From positions 1 to 61,044 of the IMG/VR virus record IMGVR_UViG_3300025133_000003: 61,044 bases of DNA; one strand, given 5' to 3'. The notes under the pieces are model-generated. The model did no database searches. It was not told the origin of the DNA and saw nothing but the letters and a program-made list of their open reading frames with translations. The position numbers and the translations under genes are program-made. The DNA is from a virus. Lineage: Duplodnaviria; Caudoviricetes. The number at the start of each line of letters is the position of its first letter. The stretch's first letter is position 1. This document shows, one piece after another, positions 1 through 7,272 of the stretch.

Positions 1-40
1 GTGGTGCCGATCCCCATCAGTGGGGATCAGGAAGCCGATC
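1..40. repeat. Terminal direct repeat (assembly overlap), identical to 61005-61044
   Basis: GTGGTGCCGATCCCCATCAGTGGGGATCAGGAAGCCGATC occurs at both ends. Confidence 0.95.
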
Positions 41-90
41 GGCTTCCGCCTGCCCCCGACGTGAGCCGGGAGCAGGGTGGAAGGTGATCA
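1..90 (-). promoter_or_regulatory. Three-hairpin intercistronic element E1 (continues at 60991-61004)
   Basis: Palindrome 9-28, GGAAGCCGATCGGCTTCC hairpin, CCTGC..GCAGG hairpin, GGTGATCA boundary. Confidence 0.85.
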
Positions 91-252
91 GCGGTCGATG
101 TGCCCCAGCTCGTGGTTGAGGAGGACCTCGCGGCACCGGTCCGCGAACTTGCCGGGGCCGGTGATGGGAGTCTTACGCTCGCTTGCCCGGTAGGGGCAGC
201 GGGACGCGAGGACGGTATCCAAGGCGCTGCACAGGGCGCGCGCCGTGGCTAC

Positions 253-696
253 CTAGGCGATGTTGAGGAGGGCGTAGGCGTCGGCAAGGGCGGACCGCGC
301 CTTGGCCAACAGTCCCTTGCGAGCCCGCTCGGTCCAATCCGGGTCGGCGGCTTCGAAGCCCAGTTCAAGGGCAAGTTCAAGCGCGTCGAGCGCGGCCGCC
401 AGCGCGTTGAGGTTGGTGGCGGCGGCGGTCAGGTCATCGTCTGCTCCTTCGTTCTCCAGTTCTCGCTGCTGCGCGCACCACTCGTGGTACCCGAGGCGGG
501 TGTCTTCGTTGGCGATTTCGTATCGCCAGTCCTCCGGCGGGAAGTCGGGGTCGTCATCCCAGGTGCCCCACACCGCCTTCTCGATCAGGAGTGCGATCTG
601 CCCCGCTACGGGGTCGATCAACTCCCCGATCAGGTCGAGGTGAGTCCGGAGCGCGTTCAGCGCCCCCTGGGGTGTGTTGGTGTTGCTCATGCTCAT
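253..696 (-). CDS. Hypothetical cassette protein (FPPEDWRYEIANEDTRLGY motif)
   Basis: ATG follows ACACCAC of element E2; motif recalled from other phage hypotheticals. Confidence 0.75.
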   Translation of the reverse strand: MSMSNTNTPQGALNALRTHLDLIGELIDPVAGQIALLIEKAVWGTWDDDPDFPPEDWRYEIANEDTRLGYHEWCAQQRELENEGADDDLTAAATNLNALAAALDALELALELGFEAADPDWTERARKGLLAKARSALADAYALLNIA

Positions 697-796
697 GTGG
701 TGTCTCTCCAAATCCGATCCCATGGGTGGGGATCGTCAGTCGCGATGGACTGAATCCTGCTCATGAGCCGCGGCCCATGAGCAGGGGTTCAGGTCA
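697..796 (-). promoter_or_regulatory. Three-hairpin element E2
   Basis: Palindrome 716-734 (one C missing), CAGTC..GACTG, CCTGCTCATG..CATGAGCAGG. Confidence 0.8.
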
Positions 797-803
797 TCAC
801 TCG

Positions 804-1229
804 TCAGGAGCTGACGTGTCCTTCGGGGGAGATCCCGCAGGTCAGCTTCCGGACGCCGTCCTTGATGACGACGACCGAGAGGTAGCCCTTGGGGAGATCC
901 CAGGGATCACGGAGGACCTGGCACTGGTCCTCCGTGGTTCCGTACCCCTCCAGCAGCTTGCGCAGGGCCTCGGCCTGGGGGTCCAGCGTCGAGGAAGCGA
1001 CGCGCAGATGCGCCGCCTCCTCGCAAGTGCCCTTGAGCTCGACGTCGATGGCGATCATGCGTTCGATGCCCGCGATGGCGAGATCGAACGTCTGGTACCG
1101 GTAGGCGAAGGCTCCCCCGTCGTCGGTCACGTCCCACGGCTCGTCGTCCCCATCACGGGGATCGAAGACCAGCAGGTAGATCCCGACGCGGAGGTAGGAC
1201 TGGTGCTCCTGCATCAGCTTGGCGAGCAT
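804..1229 (-). CDS. Hypothetical protein
   Basis: AAGGAGG SD, TGATG coupling to upstream gene. Confidence 0.75.
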   Translation of the reverse strand: MLAKLMQEHQSYLRVGIYLLVFDPRDGDDEPWDVTDDGGAFAYRYQTFDLAIAGIERMIAIDVELKGTCEEAAHLRVASSTLDPQAEALRKLLEGYGTTEDQCQVLRDPWDLPKGYLSVVVIKDGVRKLTCGISPEGHVSS

Positions 1230-1495
1230 CAGGTCACCTCCTTGACGTCGTAGTGGACTTCCAGCTGGAAGAGCTTGCCGTCCACCATGACGTGGTGGTC
1301 GCCCATGCAGTGCCACTCGATGGCGCAGTCGTTCTCAGCCTCGTCCAGCAGCTTCTGGAAGCAGTCCCGGGCGATGGCCTCGGACTTGCGTCGGTGTCCG
1401 CTTCCGAGGTCGACGTAGACCTCGACCTCGGTGGCGACGAAGTTGCACCCGCGGCCGTCGTAGATCTTGAAGATCTCCAATCGCTTGGCGGCCAT
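1229..1495 (-). CDS. Hypothetical protein (MAAKRLEIF...)
   Basis: TGATG-coupled on both sides. Confidence 0.7.
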   Translation of the reverse strand: MAAKRLEIFKIYDGRGCNFVATEVEVYVDLGSGHRRKSEAIARDCFQKLLDEAENDCAIEWHCMGDHHVMVDGKLFQLEVHYDVKEVT

Positions 1496-1992
1496 CAGAT
1501 CAGCCCTCGCAGGATGAGCGGCGAGGAGTACCCGTGGGGGCACGACCCGTCGGGCTCGACCCGGCAGCCATCGGCGGTGTCCACGACGCTGTCGTAGACG
1601 TACGCCTCCAACTCGTCGTCGCTGAGCCCATCGGCCCACGCCTGCTCGTCGATCCGGTCCGTGCCCTCGTCGCCGGGATCGGCAGCGGGGATCTCGTTGC
1701 GGACGATGACCGTGCCGGTGCGGGGGTATCCGGTCCGCGGGTCGCCCCAACGGATCTGGATCCGGCCCTCACCGTGCAGCCGCAGGAGGTCCTCGCGGTT
1801 GCAGTACGGCCCCGCCGCCGACCGGAAGTCCTCGTTGCTGTCCATGTCCTTCTGGATCTGGATCAGCGCAAGGGCATCAGCCTCCTCCGCGGCCTCGTAA
1901 CCGAGGTCCCCGGTGTACAGCTTGCTGTGGTCCCGCCCGTAGGCAGGCAGCAGCGGCGTGAGCCCAAAGGCTCCGATGGTTCGTTCATTCAT
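1495..1992 (-). CDS. Hypothetical two-domain protein (PAYGRD motif; C-terminal DGCxVEPDGxCPHG domain)
   Basis: ATG directly after element E3. Confidence 0.75.
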   Translation of the reverse strand: MNERTIGAFGLTPLLPAYGRDHSKLYTGDLGYEAAEEADALALIQIQKDMDSNEDFRSAAGPYCNREDLLRLHGEGRIQIRWGDPRTGYPRTGTVIVRNEIPAADPGDEGTDRIDEQAWADGLSDDELEAYVYDSVVDTADGCRVEPDGSCPHGYSSPLILRGLI

Positions 1993-2097
1993 GGTGTGTC
2001 TCACTGTGGTGCCGATCCCCATCAGTGGGGATCGGGAAGCCGATCGGCTTCCGCCTGCCCCCGACCGCAAGGCCGGGAGCAGGGTGGAAGGTGATCA
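1993..2097 (-). promoter_or_regulatory. Three-hairpin element E3
   Basis: Palindrome 2014-2033; nearly identical to E5; contains the TGA of the upstream gene. Confidence 0.9.
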
Positions 2098-2337
2098 GCC
2101 CTTGTCGAGCTTGTCCGCAGCGTCGCGGACGGTCTTGACCTGCTGGTCGGCGCAGCCCGAGGACCCCATCCGATCGGCGTAGGCCCGAAGGTCGGCCGCC
2201 TCGGCCTGCTTGTAGTCAGAGCGCGTGCGCTCCTTCTCCTCGCAGTCCATGCAGATCAACGCCTCGCTGTACATCGACATGATGGACGAGAAGGACTTCT
2301 TGAAGCACCGCTGGCAGCGGCCGGTCCACGGGCGCAT
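2095..2337 (-). CDS. Small Zn-finger protein (CQRC...CMDC)
   Basis: Two CxxC motifs, coupled start. Confidence 0.7.
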   Translation of the reverse strand: MRPWTGRCQRCFKKSFSSIMSMYSEALICMDCEEKERTRSDYKQAEAADLRAYADRMGSSGCADQQVKTVRDAADKLDKG

Positions 2338-2567
2338 CACTCCCTCCAGCACGAGCTGGAGTGGATGAGGGCCTCGTCGTCCGGCGAGTAGTCCGCGTGG
2401 TAGCGGGACCCCTCGGCCTCGGAGATCGGCGGGTGGACCCGGCTGGGGTAGCTGAGGATCTCGGCCTCCTGCTCGATGTCGCTCTTGAAGCCGAGCGTTT
2501 CACCGAGCTGGACGCGCTTGCCCTCTACGAGGGGTGCGCGGCCGATGGTGCGTTTCCGTTTCGTCAT
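2337..2567 (-). CDS. Hypothetical protein
   Basis: ATG directly after element E4. Confidence 0.65.
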   Translation of the reverse strand: MTKRKRTIGRAPLVEGKRVQLGETLGFKSDIEQEAEILSYPSRVHPPISEAEGSRYHADYSPDDEALIHSSSCWRE

Positions 2568-2672
2568 GGGTGTTTCTCAATCGTGGTGCGATCCCCATCA
2601 GTGGGGATCGGAAGCCGGTCAGCTTCCGCCTGCCCCTGAGCGTGAGCCCAGGAGCAGGGTGGAAGGTGATCA
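2568..2672 (-). promoter_or_regulatory. Three-hairpin element E4
   Basis: Palindrome 2590-2609 plus two further hairpins. Confidence 0.9.
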
Positions 2673-2674
2673 GA

Positions 2675-3388
2675 TCAGGGCCGGTACCGGGGCAGGCTGC
2701 GGACGAAGCTCTCGTCCCGGGGGCTGTCCTCTTCATCGAAGAGCACCTCCGTGCCGGTGGCCTTGATGGCCCTGATCAGGGTCCCAGCGTCGAGGCCCTC
2801 CTCGAGGTAGCAGGTCTTGCCGTCGCTGCTCTGGTAGCTGCACGAGGTGATTTCACCCTCGATCCCCAGCTCCCGGAGCTTCTGACGGTCGACCTGCACC
2901 CAGCCATGGCCTGGATCGGTGTGGAAGATCAGGGTGACCGCGGCGGCCAGCGCCTCCTCGGCCATCACCCGCTTCACGTCCCAGTACGAGACGTAGCTGC
3001 CCTCCCCGGCGTCGTCACGCACCCAGCAGCTGGGCTGGGTGGAAGCGCAGTAGACCTTGAGGGGGGCGCCGCTGCCGTCGACCTCGACCTCACCCTCCAG
3101 GCTCGCGATGCGAACCCAGGAGGTGATCTCCTCGCTCTCGATGGCCGCGAGGATCGTCTTGAGGTCCTCGCTGCACGCATCGACCCGATGGACCCGACCC
3201 TCGAACTCCTCGACGGTCACCCGTCCGGAGCGGTTGAGTCCGACCGTGTGGCCGTTGACCGAGATCACAAAGTCACCGAAGCCCACATGGTCCCCACCGA
3301 AGTGGGTGACCGCAGCCTGGACGAACGGGGTGTCGACGTAGAGCTTGACGTTGATGCCCTCGCCCCGGATCTGGTGATGCGCGCTCAT
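2675..3388 (-). CDS. Hypothetical protein, C-terminal DPGHGW...YLEE phage domain
   Basis: ATGA overlap with upstream gene; good codon bias. Confidence 0.75.
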   Translation of the reverse strand: MSAHHQIRGEGINVKLYVDTPFVQAAVTHFGGDHVGFGDFVISVNGHTVGLNRSGRVTVEEFEGRVHRVDACSEDLKTILAAIESEEITSWVRIASLEGEVEVDGSGAPLKVYCASTQPSCWVRDDAGEGSYVSYWDVKRVMAEEALAAAVTLIFHTDPGHGWVQVDRQKLRELGIEGEITSCSYQSSDGKTCYLEEGLDAGTLIRAIKATGTEVLFDEEDSPRDESFVRSLPRYRP

Positions 3389-3753
3389 GCCGCACGCTCC
3401 TTCCGGAACTGGCCCAGGGTGCGGGTCAACGTGCCGACGTAGCAGTCGCGCTCGACCAGGGGCAGCATGCCGCCCATGCCCGAGGCTCCGGCCAGCTCGC
3501 TGAGCATGAAGTAGCCCAGCTCACCGCATCCGGGGAGCAGCTCAGCCCATCCGAAGAACTCGTAGTCGTCGCCGACCACCTGCCCTTCCAGCGCGTACCA
3601 GACGGCACCGCTGTAGGGGGAGAAGTACTTGACGCCTACAAGGCGGTCCTCGGTCGGTCCGGTCCCGTCGCCGCTGCCCATGGCGGGCATCGCAGCGATG
3701 AGATCGGCCGGGAGGAGCTTGTGCCCTCGCGTCCGTTCGTTGTGTTCATTCAT
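3385..3753 (-). CDS. DUF2958-like protein
   Basis: VKYFSP..WYALE..FFG..ELGYFxLSEL..VERDxY pattern. Confidence 0.8.
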   Translation of the reverse strand: MNEHNERTRGHKLLPADLIAAMPAMGSGDGTGPTEDRLVGVKYFSPYSGAVWYALEGQVVGDDYEFFGWAELLPGCGELGYFMLSELAGASGMGGMLPLVERDCYVGTLTRTLGQFRKERAA

Positions 3754-3858
3754 GGTGTGTCTCACTGTGGTGCCGATCCCCACCGATGGGGATCGGGAAG
3801 CCGATCGGCTTCCGCCTGCCCCCGACCGCAAGGCCGGGAGCAGGGTGGAAGGTGATCA
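3754..3858 (-). promoter_or_regulatory. Three-hairpin element E5
   Basis: Palindrome 3775-3794 with CCGA spacer; otherwise identical to E3. Confidence 0.9.
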
Positions 3859-4239
3859 GATGCGATGGACCGCCGCGACGCCGCCGTTGACCGGCTCGAT
3901 GAACAGCGGCAGGGAGCCCAGGTTCACCTCGTGAACCGAGGGGGCCTCCCAACTCCCGTACATGGACAGCGTGATGCAGTCGTCGTCCCCGTGGGTCCGG
4001 GGCTCCATGAGGATCGTGAACAGGGCCCCTTCAGACCAGCCGTAGGGGTCGCCCTCGACGACGTAGCCGTGTTCGTAGTCCCCGAACATGCCGGAGCACC
4101 CGCGGGTCAGGTTCTCAGCACGCTCCTTCTCAGTCTCCGACGCGCCCGACCGCAAGGAGCCGTAGCTCCGTCCGACCAGGGAGTTGGAGCGGACGATCGC
4201 CAAGGCGACGTCCATCGCAGTGATAGTGGTGTTGCTCAA
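3856..4239 (-). CDS. Hypothetical protein (TTG start)
   Basis: Fills the space between E5 and E6; start context ACACCACATTG. Confidence 0.65.
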   Translation of the reverse strand: MSNTTITAMDVALAIVRSNSLVGRSYGSLRSGASETEKERAENLTRGCSGMFGDYEHGYVVEGDPYGWSEGALFTILMEPRTHGDDDCITLSMYGSWEAPSVHEVNLGSLPLFIEPVNGGVAAVHRI

Positions 4240-4345
4240 TGTGGTGTCTCACGATTCCGATCCCCATCAGTGGGGATCAGGAGGCGCTGGCCTCAACACT
4301 GCCCCCGAGGGAAGCCCGGGGGCAGGGGTTGAACTCAGCGGTCGT
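4240..4345 (-). promoter_or_regulatory. Three-hairpin element E6
   Basis: Palindrome 4259-4278, GAGG..CCTC, TGCCCCCG..CGGGGGCA. Confidence 0.85.
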
Positions 4346-4348
4346 TCA

Positions 4349-4888
4349 TCACGCAGCCTCCGACCGGACGTCCAGCGGGTGGGCGTACGACCAGAGGGCC
4401 GGGTGGTCCTCGGGCCAGACGTCCCACGTCGAGCCGTCCTCGCAGACGATCTTGTCGCCTTCGCGGACGCCGATCAACGCACCCGCCTCACGCCAGTAGG
4501 ACGTGTAGGCCAGCAGGCTGACCATGCTCAAGCCGGTCCAGCTGGGGTTGGCCTGCTGGTACTTCGCCATCGTCTGGAAGACTCCCTGCGCGCCCTGGGC
4601 GAACATCGCGACCGAGTCGGCAGGCAGAGGCCCGACGACGTCGTCGCAACGGTCCGGGTTCAGGGACAGCAGCGGGGAGACCCAGGACAGCTGCACCATC
4701 ACGCGGAACGGGATCCCGACCTTGTCGATCAGGATCCCGCCCTCGGCAAGGCGGTGCAGGTACGGCCCAAGCCGCCGATCAGGGATGCTGACGCTGACCT
4801 CAGAGGACTCGTCGCGTCGGTACTTGGCCGACACGGAGCCCTGCGAGGAGCCACGCTCCAGCACGGGGTAAGGGATTTCGTCATTCAT
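4349..4888 (-). CDS. Hypothetical protein
   Basis: ATG directly after element E7. Confidence 0.7.
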   Translation of the reverse strand: MNDEIPYPVLERGSSQGSVSAKYRRDESSEVSVSIPDRRLGPYLHRLAEGGILIDKVGIPFRVMVQLSWVSPLLSLNPDRCDDVVGPLPADSVAMFAQGAQGVFQTMAKYQQANPSWTGLSMVSLLAYTSYWREAGALIGVREGDKIVCEDGSTWDVWPEDHPALWSYAHPLDVRSEAA

Positions 4889-4992
4889 GGTGTGTCTTTC
4901 GTGGTGCTGATCCCCATCAGTGGGGATCAGGAGGCCGCTGGCCTCAATCCTGCCCCCGACGTGAGCCGGGAGCAGGGGTTGAACTCAGCGGT
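4889..4992 (-). promoter_or_regulatory. Three-hairpin element E7
   Basis: Palindrome 4909-4928; mosaic of E1 and E6 parts. Confidence 0.85.
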
Positions 4993-5030
4993 GCAGGACC
5001 CTGCAGTCGTCGTTCATCGCCGCGTGGATC

Positions 5031-5234
5031 TCACGACTGACCCTCGGGCACGTCACCGAACAACGGCAGCTGCACGGCGACACCACGGGGCATGAGGTCC
5101 AGGCAGGCCGTGGCCTGCTTGTACATCTCGGCGTCCACGTAGGAGGGATGCAGGGCATCTTCGATGATCTGCTCCTCCTGTTCGCGGCTGGCGTTCCGGG
5201 GGATCTCGATGGTTACTATTCGGTGTGCGGTCAT
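5031..5234 (-). CDS. Small hypothetical protein
   Basis: ATG after ACACACCAC of E8. Confidence 0.6.
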   Translation of the reverse strand: MTAHRIVTIEIPRNASREQEEQIIEDALHPSYVDAEMYKQATACLDLMPRGVAVQLPLFGDVPEGQS

Positions 5235-5339
5235 GTGGTGTGTCTCTCCAAATCCGATCCCCATGGGTGGGGATCGAGAGGCTGTGGCCTCACGCCTGGG
5301 CAGGAGGGATCACTCCCCCCTGCCCAGGGTGTCAGGTCA
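5235..5339 (-). promoter_or_regulatory. Three-hairpin element E8
   Basis: Palindrome 5256-5275; hairpin 5295-5328 with GUGA loop on the minus strand. Confidence 0.85.
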
Positions 5340-5429
5340 CTGCTGCTGATCGTCCAGCTGGGGCCCGCGCCGCCGAATGAACGGCAGCCCGAGTCCGAGC
5401 ATGACGCAGGCCCAGGCGAACCAGGTCAC
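5337..5429 (-). CDS. 30-aa putative membrane peptide (VTWFAWACVMLGLGLPF...)
   Basis: GTGA overlap with upstream stop; own stop abuts E8. Confidence 0.4.
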   Translation of the reverse strand: MTWFAWACVMLGLGLPFIRRRGPQLDDQQQ

Positions 5430-5701
5430 GAGCGGCCCCCGGTGCGGATCCGGGTCATGCCCGGGTTGCGGCCGAGGCGCGGCCGGCGGGTGATCCGGGG
5501 ACGCTTCCGCGTCTGGATCACGCTGTACGCCACGTCGATCACGAGCCGATCCCCATCGGTGGGGATCAGCAGGGGCGCTTCGTTCGCCGCCGTGAGATCG
5601 GGCGCGGGGGATCGCGTCACGTAGCCGTGAACGATCGAGGCGAAGCCCGAGGCGAAAAACATGCAGATCAGGACGATCGGGAGGATGACGGTGTGTTCCA
5701 T
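5426..5701 (-). CDS. Small membrane protein (N-terminal TM)
   Basis: ATG after E9; hydrophobic N-terminus; internal palindrome 5548-5567. Confidence 0.6.
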   Translation of the reverse strand: MEHTVILPIVLICMFFASGFASIVHGYVTRSPAPDLTAANEAPLLIPTDGDRLVIDVAYSVIQTRKRPRITRRPRLGRNPGMTRIRTGGRS

Positions 5702-6031
5702 GTGGTGTGTCTCCGATCCCCATGGATGGGGATCCTGTTGGTGGTGCCAGCCGATCCCCATCCATGGGGATCCAACTGGCGGGAACCGATCCCCATCCAT
5801 GGGGATCGAGAGTCCGGGATGGACTCACCCCTGCGCTGGATCTGTGCCCACCCCACGCAGACTTTCATGCGCAGGCGGGTGCCCAGGGGCAGGGGTGAGC
5901 CAGGGGGACGGATCCCCCTGGACTCGGTGGTGACGTGTGTCTGTGGTGGTGAGACCGTGCTGGTTTGCATGGTCTGGAGCAGTCCGCTCCCTCCTGCCCC
6001 CGAGCGGACCCGTGGGCAGGGTGGCAGGTGA
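5702..6031 (-). promoter_or_regulatory. Stacked elements E9 (three palindromes) and E10 (variant sequence), no gene between
   Basis: Palindromes 5715, 5753, 5788; E10 hairpins 5952-5975, 5976-5990, 5993-6020. Confidence 0.75.
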
Positions 6032-6172
6032 CTACGCGATGGCGTGGAACTGGACGGCGAGGCCGGCATCCACGTGAACGTGGGGCACGACCAGAATGAA
6101 CGACGCACGGGCCGGGGGATCCGGGGTGAACGTCGCGGGGCCGAAAGACCAGGGGAACATGATGTCGGGCAT
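6032..6172 (-). CDS. 46-aa hypothetical peptide (MPDIMFPWSFG...)
   Basis: ATG after ACACCAC of E11; TAG abuts E10; not in the supplied ORF track. Confidence 0.5.
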   Translation of the reverse strand: MPDIMFPWSFGPATFTPDPPARASFILVVPHVHVDAGLAVQFHAIA

Positions 6173-6310
6173 GTGGTGTACCTCGTGGTGTGATCCCCAT
6201 GGATGGGGATCGTGGTGTCAGTCTCCAGCGGACTCAGCAGCCATCCAGCGGACCGGATGACTCTTGGGTCCGGCCGAGGGACCGAAGTCCCCCGGCGCGG
6301 ATGGTTCCCC
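6173..6310 (-). promoter_or_regulatory. Element E11 (branched third domain)
   Basis: Palindrome 6192-6211; cUUCGg hairpin 6278-6291 on the minus strand. Confidence 0.75.
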
Positions 6311-6318
6311 CTTTCCCC

Positions 6319-7272
6319 CTAGGCAGCCGCTTCAACCGGCGGGAGGTTGGCGGCGGCCTCGTCCAGAGCGGACGAGTCGACGTCTTCGGAGACCTCGGGC
6401 ATGACGGACACGACAGTGAACGTCGCAGCCTCGCCCTTGGCACCCTTGACCAGGTTGCTCACGACCGCGATCCGGCCGCAGACGCACTCGATCGACAGCC
6501 GGCTCCAGAGGCTGTAGGGCAGCGACGGGAGCGTCGTCACCTTGCAGCCGCACTGGTAGGACACGGACGGGTCGGCCTTGCGAGTCGCCTCGTTCGTCGC
6601 GCGCTTCTCCGCGCGTTCCTTGCGAGCCTTCTTGACCGCAGCAGTCGCCTGCTTGACGGTCATTTCGACCTTGGCGCCGTCCTTGCCAGCCTTGACCGGG
6701 AAGCGGACGCGGCCGCCAGCCACGATCCCGTCGAGCTTCGCGCCGTGGGCGTCCAGCTTCAGGGTCTTGGCAAGCGCCGGAGTGATCCCGATCGGGCCGA
6801 AGCCACGAATCTGATCCTCGTCGTCCTTGGCGTAACGACCGATGATGAAACCGATCGTTTCCAGGGCGACGCACTCCTCCTGCGTCCAATCCCGGCCCCG
6901 CTTCCCACCGGTCGTCAGACCGAGGGACGTGCGGACACCGTGCAGAGCGATCATGGCGAGGCTCTGAACGATGTACGCGTGACCGCGATGCATCGGGTAG
7001 AGACCCAGGAAGTACCGCTCACGCGTCACGTCGCCATTCATCCAAGGATGATCGGCATCGTGGGTCATGCGCTGGACCGACAGGCTGTCGCCCGACTGTT
7101 CGTAGCCGGCCGACAGGCCGGTCAGGAACGCGGGGTTAGCCTTGGCCTTGGTGTACTCGGGCAGCTTCACGATCATGCCGTGGATCATGACGATCCAAGC
7201 CTGAAGCATGGAGAGCATCTTGCCCGGGTCCGTGACCTTGGCCTTGGGGGTGTTGGTGTTGGTGTTGGACAT
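6319..7272 (-). CDS. SprT-like fold protein lacking HExxH, C-terminal Zn finger; first gene of the cassette arc
   Basis: GGAGGA SD; ALHGVR...GRDW...LETIGF and YQCGC...IECVCG layout. Confidence 0.6.
   Translation of the reverse strand: MSNTNTNTPKAKVTDPGKMLSMLQAWIVMIHGMIVKLPEYTKAKANPAFLTGLSAGYEQSGDSLSVQRMTHDADHPWMNGDVTRERYFLGLYPMHRGHAYIVQSLAMIALHGVRTSLGLTTGGKRGRDWTQEECVALETIGFIIGRYAKDDEDQIRGFGPIGITPALAKTLKLDAHGAKLDGIVAGGRVRFPVKAGKDGAKVEMTVKQATAAVKKARKERAEKRATNEATRKADPSVSYQCGCKVTTLPSLPYSLWSRLSIECVCGRIAVVSNLVKGAKGEAATFTVVSVMPEVSEDVDSSALDEAAANLPPVEAAA

Noticed and set aside
79-90. GATCACCTTCC resembles the 16S anti-SD tail
   Set aside because: Present in only four closely related copies; the others keep just TSACCT. 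Probably coincidental.
253-255. Genome-wide TAG recoding
   Set aside because: Capsid, scaffold, portal and terminase genes end in TAG at sensible lengths, and no suppressor tRNA was seen.
1993-2097. Elements as tRNAs, hammerhead ribozymes or intrinsic terminators
   Set aside because: Despite a CACCA after three stems, there is no acceptor stem or T-loop, no CUGANGA/GAAA core and no U-tract.
5715-5807. Three palindromic repeats resembling a mini-CRISPR array
   Set aside because: Repeats are 20 bp with only 15-18 bp between them, there are no cas genes, and the same motif is dispersed genome-wide.
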